From Phaeosaccion multiseriatum (Eukaryota; Protista; Ochrophyta, other classes): a stretch of 64,000 nt of DNA. The DNA is taken from NCBI GenBank assembly GCA_965112735.1, contig OZ218959.1:2604001-2668000 (forward strand), given 5' to 3'. A program made the position numbers and the translations under genes. This document shows, in pieces, positions 1-22,652 of the stretch; positions within the stretch are counted from its first letter, which is position 1, and every line of letters starts with the position of its first letter. The notes under the pieces are model-generated. The model searched no databases. It saw only the letters and a program-made list of their open reading frames with translations, and had not been told where the DNA came from.

Positions 1-355
1 AGTCTTGTTCTTGTTCAGTGGGCCCATCTCCTGCAGCACCTTCTTGTGTGCTTCCTCCCTTTCCTCCCTCTCCCTCATCTACCTTGTTCTCTGTCGCGGG
101 GCTCCCGGTCTTGTTTGTAGTCTCCCCGTTTTCGTTTCTAGCAGAGAGAGGATCGGGCACGGTCACCACCCCATCCTCCTTAGGCCCTACGCTTTCTTGT
201 CCTAAAGACGCCCCGGGGCCCTGCTGCGCCTCATTGCCCCCCTCCTGGCTACCTTCCTGCTGCCCGTGATCCTGCCTGTGATGCTCGTGATGCTCATGGT
301 CGCTTCTTCCCTCTCTAAAGTCCTGGGCTGCAGACTTTCCGCAGGCGGAACCCAT
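1..355 (-). CDS. 5' part of an acidic low-complexity protein starting MGSACGKS (putative N-myristoylation plus palmitoylation); runs off the left edge
   Basis: Open minus-strand frame from ATG at 355: MGSACGKSAAQDFREGRSDHEHHEHHRQDHGQQEGSQEGGNEAQQGPGASLGQESVGPKEDG...EQEQD, with no stop to the window edge. Divergent from the gene at 631. Confidence 0.6.
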   Translation of the reverse strand, partial: MGSACGKSAAQDFREGRSDHEHHEHHRQDHGQQEGSQEGGNEAQQGPGASLGQESVGPKEDGVVTVPDPLSARNENGETTNKTGSPATENKVDEGEGGKGGSTQEGAAGDGPTEQEQD

Positions 356-630
356 TCCGTCTTCGCCCTTCCAGCAGCTCAGAGGTTTGCTACGATAGCG
401 GTGTTTGCCAGCGGTATAGGTAATTTTGGGAGGAGGAGAGGGAGGAGCAAAAAACCGTTACAGGTGCAGTAGTTTCTGTAACGTGCAGATCCTCGAGATC
501 TCCTCGACCCCCCCTTAGAATCAATCCAATCCAAGGCCAGTCGTCCATGGAGCAAGTAAGGGGTTACCCTTAACCAGTGCATCTTGCAAGTTTGCAAGTT
601 ACAGAAGTATATACCTTGCTGTGAAGCGCG

Positions 631-11730
<11,100 letters not shown>

Positions 11731-12103
11731 GGCAAGGCAGGCCGCGATCAGGCCACCGCTTGCGTTGCGTTTCGACGGCTCTGCTGAGTGACTCCAGAGC
11801 TGTGTTGAGCGAGAGCTCTATGTACATTATTGGAAATATCGAGGGGATATTTACGTACGTACGTGGTGACGCGCACACCCAAACCCACACACACAAGTAA
11901 ATACAAAGGCACAAACCTAAACAAACACGCATGCGCATTCATACATTTAAAATAAATAATTAACATAATTGGGTTTCTTTACATCACGATGGGGTACGAT
12001 TCTTTTCGGCGGCAGGAAGGGGGGGGCTCGGCCCTCCACTCTCCCCTCACTCTACCTCACTCTACTCGTTGTCCACCTCACCTATCCATTCTCCCTTCAC
12101 TAG

Positions 12104-13886
12104 CTACTCATCCGAGTCTTGATCAAGGAGGGAAAGCTTCTCACTGTACACGCTGGCCATTGACACAAGCGGTGCCCGGTAGGCGAACCGATTCAGACGA
12201 TACTCGGGAATACTCCGCTCCTTAGCGCTACTGCTGCTACTGCTACTACTGCTGCTACTGCTGCTGCTTCTACTACTACTACACTCCTTCTTGCTCTTCT
12301 CCCCTCGCTCTAAGCGCTGCTCCTCTTCCTCTTCTTCTGCCGCCATTTGCAGAGAGAGAGCCATCCAGGGGGGGACGCGCTTGGGCAGCGTGACAAGGTC
12401 CAGCTCGAAACGCTCGATGAAACGCTCATTGATGTCGTACATAGAAGCAGAGTAGGTGGATGTGCGGTACTAAAGTCGTGGGTATAGTATAGGAGGGGAG
12501 GGAGGGAGGGAGGGAGGGAGGGAGGGAGGGAGGGAGGGAGGGAGGGAGGGAGGGAGGGAGGGAGGGAGGGAGGGAGGGAGGGAGGGAGGGAGGGAGGGAG
12601 GGAGGGAGGGAGGGAGGGAGGGAGGGAGGGAGGGAGGGAGGGAGGGAGGGAGGGAGGGAGGAGGAAAGGAGGGAGAGAAGGAAGGAGGCAAAGGTCAACG
12701 GCAAAAGACAGAATGCAAGGGTTAAAGAAGTAGCAGGTGTGTGTGTGTGTGCGTGAGGAGTGACATGGTAAGACTACCATGCATGCCCTTCCTCCCTTCT
12801 GTCCTTCTTCCCCATGCGCATCGTACCTCCTCGATGATAGAGGTCATGCTCCATCCCTGTAACCGCCGAAGGCACCCGACGAGTCTATCGCTCTCATAGT
12901 CCTCCCCTGTGCACACCACCAGACAGGGGAGGTTGGAGAGATTCAGCACCGTCTGCAGCATGTCTTTCACTAACTCCTCCGCCACGTCGTGCTGCTCCAT
13001 GAGCTGATGCATTGCCAGTGATAGGGCCATTGGGTTGGACGGTGTCGGGGCTGAGGAGACGGAGGAGGCGGCTCCGGCGGCGGACGAGGAGGAGGAGGTG
13101 GAGGGGGAAGAGGATTGATCCTGACCCAGCCAGCCGACACGGCCCCAGGGGCTCAGCTATGCAGGGTTGGGGTTAGGGTTGGGGTTAGGGTTGGGTATGA
13201 GGAGGAGGTCGGGGAGGTTGGGGAAGGGGGAGGGGGCGGGGGGTTCGTGTTAAGGTTGGGGTATAGAGTGCTCGGCGACACAGACACACACACACACACC
13301 CCGACCGCATGTACAGGGGCCTCTGACGTTGGCCAGTCTCCATTCCACTCCATCCATCCTCCCCTTCCTTCTCCTTCTCTTACCACCCGAATACCCTCTG
13401 CCTGGAGGAAAGCTGCGAGAGACCGAGAGAGGGGTATGGGGCTCGCGTTGACGACCGTGGAGAGACGCAGTCGGCGCAGAAAGGGAAAACTGGCAGAGCC
13501 CATCAAGTTGGCGCGCGCATTGTACAGGCCTGAGCCACATGGTAGCACGGGACAGAGGGGGTCGGTGTCAGTACGTCGGCGAGAAAGGGTGGAGGTGCAA
13601 CATTGGCAGCGGACCGCGAGCACAGTAGAGACGGGGTGCTCCCTTTCCCTTCAGCCGGGACTTTGAAGGCGGTCCTCTTTCACGAGATGGTCCTCTGGCT
13701 TCGTTCTCTGGGCGCACCTGCTTCTATGACGCGGAATCCCTGGGGAGGGTGGAGAGTCTCTGCCTGAGGTATACCTTCCACCACGCGAGAGGGGGGCTGC
13801 TGGGGAACATCGGTGGAGAAGGGAGGGATCGCCAGCTCCGTGAACCGCGGCTGCCTACTGCTTGAGGAGGAGGCATAGTGAGCCAT
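12104..13886 (-). CDS. Siw14/OCA-family (Y_phosphatase2) tyrosine-phosphatase-like protein, probably catalytically inactive (OCA2/OCA4-like)
   Basis: Four exons, approximately 13886-13718, 13529-13384, 13156-12827, 12469-12104. Family motifs: LHPPQGFRVIEAGLY, SFPFLRRLRLSTVVNAS, LPCLVVC....RLVGCLRRLQGWSMTSIIEEYR, NERFIERFELDLVTLP..VPPW. Confidence 0.8.
12496..12661. repeat. Intronic (GGGA)n/(TCCC)n microsatellite next to the acceptor of the minus-strand gene
   Basis: Seen directly. Confidence 0.95.
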
Positions 13887-14047
13887 TAGGCTGCCCTGCA
13901 GCCCTGGGGGGAGGCAAGATTGCGCAATTTCGTGATATCGCGAAGTATCCTGTTCCTGTTCAGCTTGGGGTGTTGGTGAGTCAGCATCACAGTTGGCACA
14001 ACGGCAACTACCTTCCTCCTTCCTCTCTTCCCCCTCCTCTTCTGGCT

Positions 14048-15878
14048 ATGAACGCCTCCCTGGTTCTTCAGAAAGGGTCTGCGCTGGGCCGCTCCGAGCT
14101 TCTGGAATGGGCGAACAGGGTGGCGGACAGCGACTACTTTGACCTGAGCGAGCTGAAGGATGGCATTATTTACCTGCACATCCTTGACGCTTTGCGTTGC
14201 GCGCCACAGATAGAGGCACTGTGGCACAAGGTACAGACATTGCCGGCTTACATGTGCTGCGTCGCATAGCGCAACTCCTTTTGCTTTTGATCTTGCTTCT
14301 CACCTTCGGTCTTCTTTCCTCCCGGATTCTTCCCCCCTCTCTATCCTCTCCTCTTCTCACCTTCGGTCTTCTTTCCTCCCAACTCCCCTTCCCCCCTCTC
14401 TATCCTCTCCTCGCCCACTCCGTCCCGTTGTTGCACCGCTCACAATCAACACTACATCTACCCACCCACAGATCAACTTCAATGCATCCTCGCCCGTGGC
14501 CTTCCGAGGCAACTTGAAGCTCCTGAAGCAGGCCATGAAGGGGACGAAAAGAGAGGTATCCGTGGACGGGTAAGAGCAGACACCCATGCAACAACCCCTC
14601 CGCTCCATTAAGGCGGCACGTGATATACAAAGATGCTGCGTGATGCGATACCCAAACAACGCCTCACTCACCCGCCCTCACCTGAACCGCCCCCTCCTCT
14701 CCCGCCCCCAGCCTTTTGAAGGGCTCCTTCTCGGAGCACTACGCCCTGCTGCAATGGCTCTATCTCCTGGCACAAGGTAGGTGTGTGTGTGTGTGTGTGT
14801 ATGTGTGTGTGTGTGAGTGTATGGCAGGTTGTGTTGGTGTTTGTTTTCATCTGTAAGCCCTCACTCTCTGAAGTCCATGGTCCTCCACGACCCTCCACTA
14901 TCATGGTCGACGGCGCGCGCGCGCGCGCGTGTGTGTGTGTGCGTTTTCTTCTTTTCTTCCCCATGCAATGCAAACACAGACACCTTACCCGAGATCGACA
15001 CGCAGTACCGCGCCTCAGAGCGGCGAAAGGCGTGGCAGGAGAGCACCAATCAGCAAGTCACCAACCCCAACCTCGGCAGCTCAAGAGAGACACTCAGAGA
15101 CGCCCCGAGTCGTCTGTGGAGCCAGCTTCAAGCCCTCAAGAGACAGGAGAAAGAGGCGTCTGCTGCGGCGGCTGCTGCTACGGGGGTGGCGGCGGGGGGG
15201 GGGCAAGAGCAGCAGGGTGGGGCGATGGCCTTCGTTGTTGATGATCATCATCATGATGATGTTCGCGGCGGCGGTGAGACGGAGGAGGATGGTGTGGGCA
15301 GCATCAGCGACGTTGTCGTTGACTTAATGCAGCCGCAGGACTTGCACACCGTCACAACCATGGTAGAGTCTCTGAAGGAGAGGATGTCTCAGAGGCAGAG
15401 GGGGTCGGTGGCGACGGTAGTGGCAACAGAGGAGGAGCGCACCACCGGCGCCTCCTCCTCCTCCTCCCCCTCCTCCCCCTCCTTGGCTCGAGTGTCTGCG
15501 GCGTCGCTTAATGACGACTTGGAGTCCCTCGTGGGGCTGCTGGAACATGCTCTCCAGAATGAAGTGGCGGAGGAGCGGCTTTTTGCAGAGGATATTGAGA
15601 AGGCTTGTCTACAGAGAGACATGCATCTCCACACGCTGCGAAGTATTGAGAGTCTGGCCCTGCGCACCCCACCAGCAGCGTTACCAGCAGCGCCCCCACC
15701 AGCGCCAGCACCAGCAGCAGGAGCAGCAGTAGCGGCAGCAGCAGCAGCAGCCGCCGCAGCAGCAGCAGCAGCAGCGGTGGACACCGCTGCGGCTGCTTCC
15801 TCCTCCTCCACCACCACCACCACCCAGCAGATGCAAAAGGAGCTGCTCAACATTCTGTGGTTGTCAAAGGTGACATAG
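14048..15878 (+). CDS. Divergent EB1/RP-family microtubule end-binding-like protein (N-terminal calponin-homology domain, C-terminal EBH-like coiled coil)
   Basis: Exons approximately 14048-14230, 14472-14569, 14713-14776, 14980-15878. GRSELLEWAN...LSELKDGIIYLHILD...KINFNASS...NLKLLKQAM...LLKGSFSEHYALLQWL resembles the EB1 CH domain. QRDMHLHTLRSIE resembles EBH ERDFYFxKLRxIE. Confidence 0.7.
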
Positions 15879-16965
15879 GATGTGATGGGACGGGAAGTGA
15901 AGCGACATGAGGGCAAACTGCTACTCCCCTGCGCCTGCCCCACTGTCCATTACCATGGCCGAGTGACATACAACCCGCCATCCCCACGGCCCCACTCCCA
16001 CGTCGGCCACGGAAACCGCACCCCAGGCCCCACCGCTCAGCAGCGTGGGGACTCAAGTCGTCACTTTACACACTTGACTCCTCACCTAACACACAATGGG
16101 AGGGGGAGGGGGTTGGACTTGAGCGAGGACGCAGACAAAGCACACCTATCTCGCACTTCCGCACCCCTACACACCTGGCCTTGGCGTGTGGGCAAGACCC
16201 TTTGTTGCCTGGTGCTGTGGAGCTGGGGAGGGTGGGGGGGGGGGAACTCTGTCTGTCGTTAGCACATGGGGTGCCCGGTACCCACCCCGGCCGGTTCGAA
16301 GCGACAAGGAGCCTAGTGGGTCCGGGCTATGGCCCAAGGGGCAGCAGGGGCAGGGCCGTTTCATTTTCTTCTTTCTCGCAAGTTGCTGTGGGGCGACCAA
16401 CGCAGCCAAGGCATTGACGCCAAAACCACGCAATCGACTACCTCACTATGTACATGTACATGCGTGCGTAGTGCGAGTAGTTTCAGTTTGACTTGGAAAT
16501 GAGACTTACGCTACACGTCAGAGGAGAGAGCAGTGGCCTCCAAAGAACGGCAGCAGCGGCAGCAGTTGGCGATACAGCAGCAGCAGCAGCAGGAGAAGCA
16601 GCGGTGCCAGCGCAGCGAATGTGTGTTGCTCATCGAGGCAAACCAACAAACCCCTCCCTTCCAATCCCCTCCCCCTCAGTGCCTTGTGTTCGAGCAGGAG
16701 CATGGCGTGGACAGGCGGGCGTGGGGGCGCCATGGGAAGCAGAAACCGAGGAGGGCAGGAAACAGAGAGTCAGGAAGAGGGGAGGCAGCACGTAATCGAA
16801 TGCCTGCCCGTGGTCCTGATCTCTCGAATTGCGCACACCCTTCGATTTCGGTCCTCTTTTAAACAATAATTTTAATACTTCTACATGTAGTAATAAATCA
16901 TCTAGGGGATGAGAAGCCTTGTAAGTTCATTCTTGTCATCCCTCTTCTACTGTCCCTCCATTTCT

Positions 16966-17095
16966 ATCCTCCTTAGGCCCTGCACTTACTTGTCCTAAAG
17001 GGCCCTGCTGCGCCTCATTGCCCCCTTCCTGCCTACCTTCCTGCTGCCCGTGATCCTGCCTGTGATGCTCATGGTGCTCATGGTCGCTTCTTCCC
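16966..17095 (-). repeat. Diverged duplicate of positions 173-311 (exon fragment GRSDHEHHEHHRQDHGQQEG...)
   Basis: Near-identical direct repeat with a 9-nt in-frame indel and a few substitutions. Confidence 0.85.
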
Positions 17096-17402
17096 ACCTC
17101 CTTTCCGGTCTCCATATCGTTCTCATCAAGCAGGGCCAGGCAAAACTTTTGCCATACTGTATGATGATGGCAAAATGTCGAGAACCTTCGCTCCCCTCTA
17201 GACTCTCTCTCTCTCCGCGATGCCCCCCCCCCCCCCACACACACACACACATACACAATAGCACGCACGCACGCAAGTGTGTGCTCTAAGAGTCGGCATT
17301 CATGACAGACATGTGACACGCAAGTGTCAGTACAGTGTAGTGAAGCGTGTGGCCATCACTGCGGGCTGCTGCTCCGCCCTCCGAACCCCTGTTGAGCGTT
17401 AT

Positions 17403-17774
17403 TTAGCGCTTCTTCTTGCCTGCTGCTCCTCCTCCTCCTCCTGCCGCCCCCTTTTCGTCACGCTTCTTCCGCGCAACCTTCTTGACTCGGTACATAATGT
17501 AGGCCGCGAGGAGGCACCCCAGGAAGAGTAGCTGAGCGGGGTGAGGAGGAGGAGGATGAGGATGAGGAGGAGGAGGAGGAGGAGGAGGAGGAGGAGGAGG
17601 ATGAGGAGGAGGAGGAGGAGGAGGAGGAGGAGGAGGAGGAGGAGGAGGAGGAGGAGGAGGAGGAGGAGGAGGAGGAGGAGGAGGAGGAGGAGGAGGAGGA
17701 TGATGATGAGCGGTGTGGCGATACGGCAGCGGATAGAGAGGGAGAAAGAGCTTTGGGACGACACACCAAAACAC

Positions 17775-17807
<33 letters not shown>

Positions 17808-17935
17808 GAAGAGAGAGAGGCATGATACACAAGAGAGAGACAGAGCAGGCCAGATTCGGGCATGATGCGCACACAAACCCAGACCAACAAAGAGGCCAGC
17901 ACACGCAAGAGATAGAACGAGAAAGAGAGAGACAC

Positions 17936-17966
<31 letters not shown>

Positions 17967-20573
17967 CAGAGAGAGAGAGAGAGAGAGGGAGCGAAGAAGG
18001 CAGAGGTGCAATGCTGCTAAACAACCCCCACACACCTGGGCGAAGGAACTCTTGAGGCTGGTGAAGACCAGCGGCACTCCCGTGCCCCTCAGCAGCCAAC
18101 GCACCACCACCACGGCCCGGTGCTTGACGTCGTCGTCCTTCCTGAGCCAGTTTGTCACAATCACCCCGACTGTGGCCCCCGCGCAAAGGCACACGAGTAA
18201 TGCCTCCCAGTGGTGGGAAATCATCTGCGTGAGGTAGCTGGAGAGGAAGAGGGTGAGAGGACGAGAGGGCGTGCGTGTGAGAGTGTGTGTACGTGCGTGA
18301 GAGAGAGAGGCAGCGTGAGAAGGTGAGACGGTGAGTGAGTGGTAGAGGTGGGAGGTGGGACAATCATCATCTGTGTGACGCAAGCAAGCACCACACCACC
18401 ACCCAAATGATGCGCTTGCCAAAACCCAACTTACTATTTGAGCCACATGTACGAGGCGACGCTGTAGCTCGCAATACCCGCCGCGAAAAACTTGTTCATG
18501 CCTCTCTTCTTGCGGAAGACAAACAGGACAATGAGGACCACCCCGGCAACAGCACCAGCAGAGGCCCCAGTGGCGTATTGGAAGATTTTGCTCTTGCTCA
18601 GGGCGTAGGAGAAGAGCAGCAGCACGATGCCAAGGATCATGCGTGCTGAGGGAGTAGGGGGAGGAGGAGGAGGAGGAGGAGGAGGAGGAGGAGGAGGAGG
18701 AGGAGGAGGAGGAGGAGGAGGAGGAGGAGGAGGAGGAGGAGGAGGAGGAGGAGGAGGAGGAGGAGGAGGAGGAGGAGGAGGAGGAGGAGGAGGAGGAGGA
18801 GGAGGAGGAGGAGGAGGAGGAGGAGGAGGAGGAGGAGGAGGAGGAGGAGGAGGAGGAGGAGGAGGAGGAGGAGGAGGAGGAGGAGGAGGAGGAGGAGGAG
18901 GAGGAGGAGGAGGAGGAGGAGGAGGAGGAGGAGGAGGAGGAGGAGGAGGAGGAGGAGGAGGAGGAGGAGGAGGAGGAGGAGGAGGAGGAGGAGGAGGAGG
19001 AGGAGGAGGAGGAGGAGGAGGAGGAGGAGGAGGAGGAGGAGGAGGAGGAGGAGGAGGAGGAGGAGGAGGAGGAGGAGGAGGAGGAGGAGGAGGAGGAGGA
19101 GGAGGAGGAGGAGGAGGAGGAGGAGGAGGAGGAGGAGGAGGAGGAGGAGGAGGAGGAGGAGGAGGAGGAGGAGGAGGAGGAGGAGGAGGAGGAGGAGGAG
19201 GAGGAGGAGGAGGAGGAGGAGGAGGAGGAGGAGGAGGAGGAGGAGGAGGAGGAAGAGCAAGAGGAAGAGGAGGGAAACGGTGTTTAGGGGCTGGGGTGGG
19301 GGGAGGCGAGGGTGTGAGGCGAGCCTCTCAGCACTGCGATGCAGAAACCATCATACACCTCCCACCCTCCTGCCTCTATGCAGAAACCATACACCTCCCA
19401 CCCTCGTGCCTCTCAGGCCGGCGATGCGGATGACGTACTCCCCAAAAGCTGCCTGTATGCCTCCAATCGCTCTCCAGAAGAGCACTCGGGCCGATAGTGT
19501 GCCAACAAGCCCACTAGTGAGCGAAGCAGCGAAACGCCCCCCCCCTTCCTCCCCCTTTCCCTCTGCCCCCCCTCCCCCTCTTCCTCCCCCTCTCCCTCTC
19601 CCTCTCACCGAAGAGTGCGCCGCAGAACGAGTGCTTCGTCTCGATTGTGTACGCCACGGCCCCAGACTCCCCCTTGAAGGCTCCGAGCCCAAGCCTTCCG
19701 CGTCCAGCCAAGCCAACTGAGATGCAGCTGTGGCCGTACGCGGGGAGGATGGTGTCGCAGCGGAAGGGCTCAGAGCTCCATGGGGCAGGGCAAACGCCCT
19801 TGCCTACGAGGTCCTGGGCACTGGGCAGGAAGGAGGAGTGCGACTTGCCGCGGGTGACTCGGTCCAGAACCGCCACCTCTCTCTCCGCCATGCCGAGCTT
19901 CCACTGCGGACGGGCGGGTGCCACGTGGACGTACAAGGGCATGCCACCGCCAGTCCGAGACAGGGGCAGGAGGAGAGGGGAGGGGGGGGGAGGGAAGGAC
20001 AAAAGACATGAAGACAAGTTAGCCAGCAGGCACTTATACTGGTCCTGGGTTGCCCGCCTGCCTGCTATTCATCGAGCCCTGTCTATCGAGAGACGAGAGT
20101 GGGCACACAAGCACACAATCCTCCTCCCGCGTCGCAAGCTCTCACAAGCTCCCGCAACGCCTCACCTGGATGAAGTTGTCCATTTTTGTGTGGAGATCAT
20201 CGGAGTTCATGGCCCGCACCTGCAGGCGAGGCGAAGATGAAGTCTTCTTCTTGCCCTCCCCTTGCTCCTCCTCCGCCCCATGGAGGGTAATGGTGGTCTG
20301 TACGGGAAAGAACACGTGCGGGAGCTGCCAAAACTCCTCCACGAGCCCCACGATACCCCCGTGTCGCGGCTCGCGGCCCTCGAAGCAAAAGATGTGGGCA
20401 TCCTTGCTGGACGACAAAACCCCTTCCACTATGCCCTCCTTCGTGAGCTCCTCAAATCCACTCGTTCCCTGCTCCGCGAGCTCGCCTCCATCCTCTCCCG
20501 CAGCTCTCACCTCTACGTGTACCAGCCCTGCTGAGAGGGCTGCCAATGCCACCAATCCCCTTAGCAGGCGCAT
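17403..20573 (-). CDS. NEMP/TMEM194-like nuclear envelope integral membrane protein
   Basis: Signal peptide MRLLRGLVALAALSAGLVHVEVRA, then a luminal region. The segment GIVLLLFSYALSKSKIFQYATGASAGAVAGVVLIVLFVF resembles the NEMP hallmark LSxSxxFyYxxGxxxG. Further TM helices and a basic tail follow. One internal small exon near 20040-20080 is unresolved. Confidence 0.65.
18659..19252. repeat. About 600-bp perfect (GGA)n/(CCT)n intronic microsatellite adjacent to an acceptor
   Basis: Seen directly. Confidence 0.95.
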
Positions 20574-20995
20574 CTTACGCCGCCCTTTACTACTGAGCAA
20601 AAAAAAGACCCGCAGGGAAAAAGATCCAAGAAATTAAGATTGAGGGAAAATGGTCCTCCACGACAGTTGCCATCTGCAGAACGAAATTCCGCCCCGTCCC
20701 TCGTGTCGTCAACGTGCCCTAGACAAACGACGCGCCCTAGCGGTTCGCAAAGGCGCCCCTCTTATTTTATTTTTATAAATTAATAAGCAGGCACTGCTGT
20801 AAACCCAATGGAAGACTGACAGAGTGCAACTGGTGGATGCGTCCAGCAGGAAGTCAGCAGCACCTCTGAAGGAGACGAGACAATATATCATTCTTTGTCA
20901 GCTCCCGTCCCTTGAGGCAGGGAGGGGGGTGGTCGTAGTGTGATTTGGTTGGAAGGAGGAGGGGGTGGCGTGTGTATACCAGCGTGGAGGCGTTC

Positions 20996-22621
20996 ATGAG
21001 GAGCAGGACAACGAAAGATGGCGGAGGAGGTCGGCGTGGTGGCAGTGACAAACAAGGGGTACATGTACATGCCAAAGAGGCTGTTCTTCTCTGCCATCTC
21101 GAGCTGATAGGAGGATATGGCAGATCCGACGCTCTGTGCCTCATTCCTCGTGATCACCCATGCACCCGCACCATTGGGAGCAGCCCGACGATGGATGTTG
21201 TCATCGCTTCCGACCTGGTTGCCGAGCACCACTGCACCATCCAAACGTCCTTTCGTGGGGTCGGCCCCGCGGCAGGAGCAGTAGCAGTGGAAGCACCAGC
21301 TAAAGATCCTCCGTCTTCGATGGGGGGATTGGTCACCCCTTCCCCCCACCAACAGCACCACATTTCATCCGTGAGGAGCTCCTCTTCGTCGTCTCAGCAG
21401 CATTCGTCTCGCGCCAGGGGGCAGCATGGGGGGGAGGATTATTCGAAGCAAGGACGTGTAGCCCCTTTGCCGCATGCCTCGGCGTACGTAACTTCAGCAG
21501 GACAAGAACGGCCATGCTACCAGCAGGGACGACGTTATCAGGGGAGCGGCGGGGGTGGGGGAGGAACAGCAGCAGCAGCAGGGCGAGGAGGACGAGAAGG
21601 AGGAGGAGGAGGAGGAAAAGGAGGAGGAGGAGCAGCAGCAGTAGCCGCGGCAGCAGCAGTAGTAGTAGTAGGAGGGGGGGGGGGGGGGGGGCACGAGGAG
21701 GTGGAAGGCAAGGAGGGGAGGAGCAGGTGGACGGTGGCCGTGGTGGTGGTGGTGTTGGCAATGACTGGGCTTCTGGCAGCAGCGGAGGCAGCAACAGCAT
21801 CAGCAGTGGCAATAGAGATGTGGCAGGTAGAAGATCCACCATACCTCCACTAGGAGCAGCTGTCAAGTCAGAGGATGACGGCAACGTGGTTGAGGAGGTT
21901 GAGGAGGAGGAGGAGGAGGAGGAGGAGGAGGAGGAGGAGGAGGAGGAGGAGGAGGAGGAGGAGGAGGAGGAGGAGGAAGTGGAGGCGAACGACGAATACG
22001 ACGAGGAGGAGGATGAGGGAGAGGGGGAGGAGGGGGACGTGGATGTGGGGGAGGAGCCATGTTTCGGAGTCGACGAGGAGGGAGGCAAGCTCGAAATGTT
22101 TATCACGAATCCCAATCCGAGCGTCAATAGACTGGGAGTCTTTCTCAAAAGGTGCGTGTGCGTAAACGCGTTGCTCGCATGTATGAAACCGTATGTCTGT
22201 CAATGAGGTGCCACCGAGCCACAAGGAAAGGCTGGGTTACTGCATCACCACCAGCAAGTGTGATGAGGAGCCGGAGGGGGGGGGTGGGACATTCATTGAT
22301 CGTGCTCTCCCTTTCCATTCCTGTCTCCCTTCTTTCTTCTCCTTCCGCTCTCCCGTCCGTATGCATTTCCTCACGTGTTCCTCCCTTCCTTCCTCCCTTC
22401 CTTCCTTCCTTCCTTCCTTCCACCACCCCCCCCCCCCCCTTCTCTCCTTCGTTTCTGCCTGCTCTTCTCGTGTCGTTGCAAAGCAGCGTGGAGGAGCAGA
22501 CTATTGTGGGGCAGACACCCGTCCTGATTCCCATGGGAAGCAATATCGTTCTCGGTGGGGTAATTGGTATCAGCATCGTAGAGGGGGCACCTGCCAATGT
22601 GCCGCGACAGCAGCAGCAACA

Positions 22622-22652
<31 letters not shown>

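Noticed and set aside
20030-20090. Non-canonical GC donor or extra micro-exon in the NEMP-like gene
   Set aside because: Several alternative solutions fit, and they cannot be resolved without cDNA.
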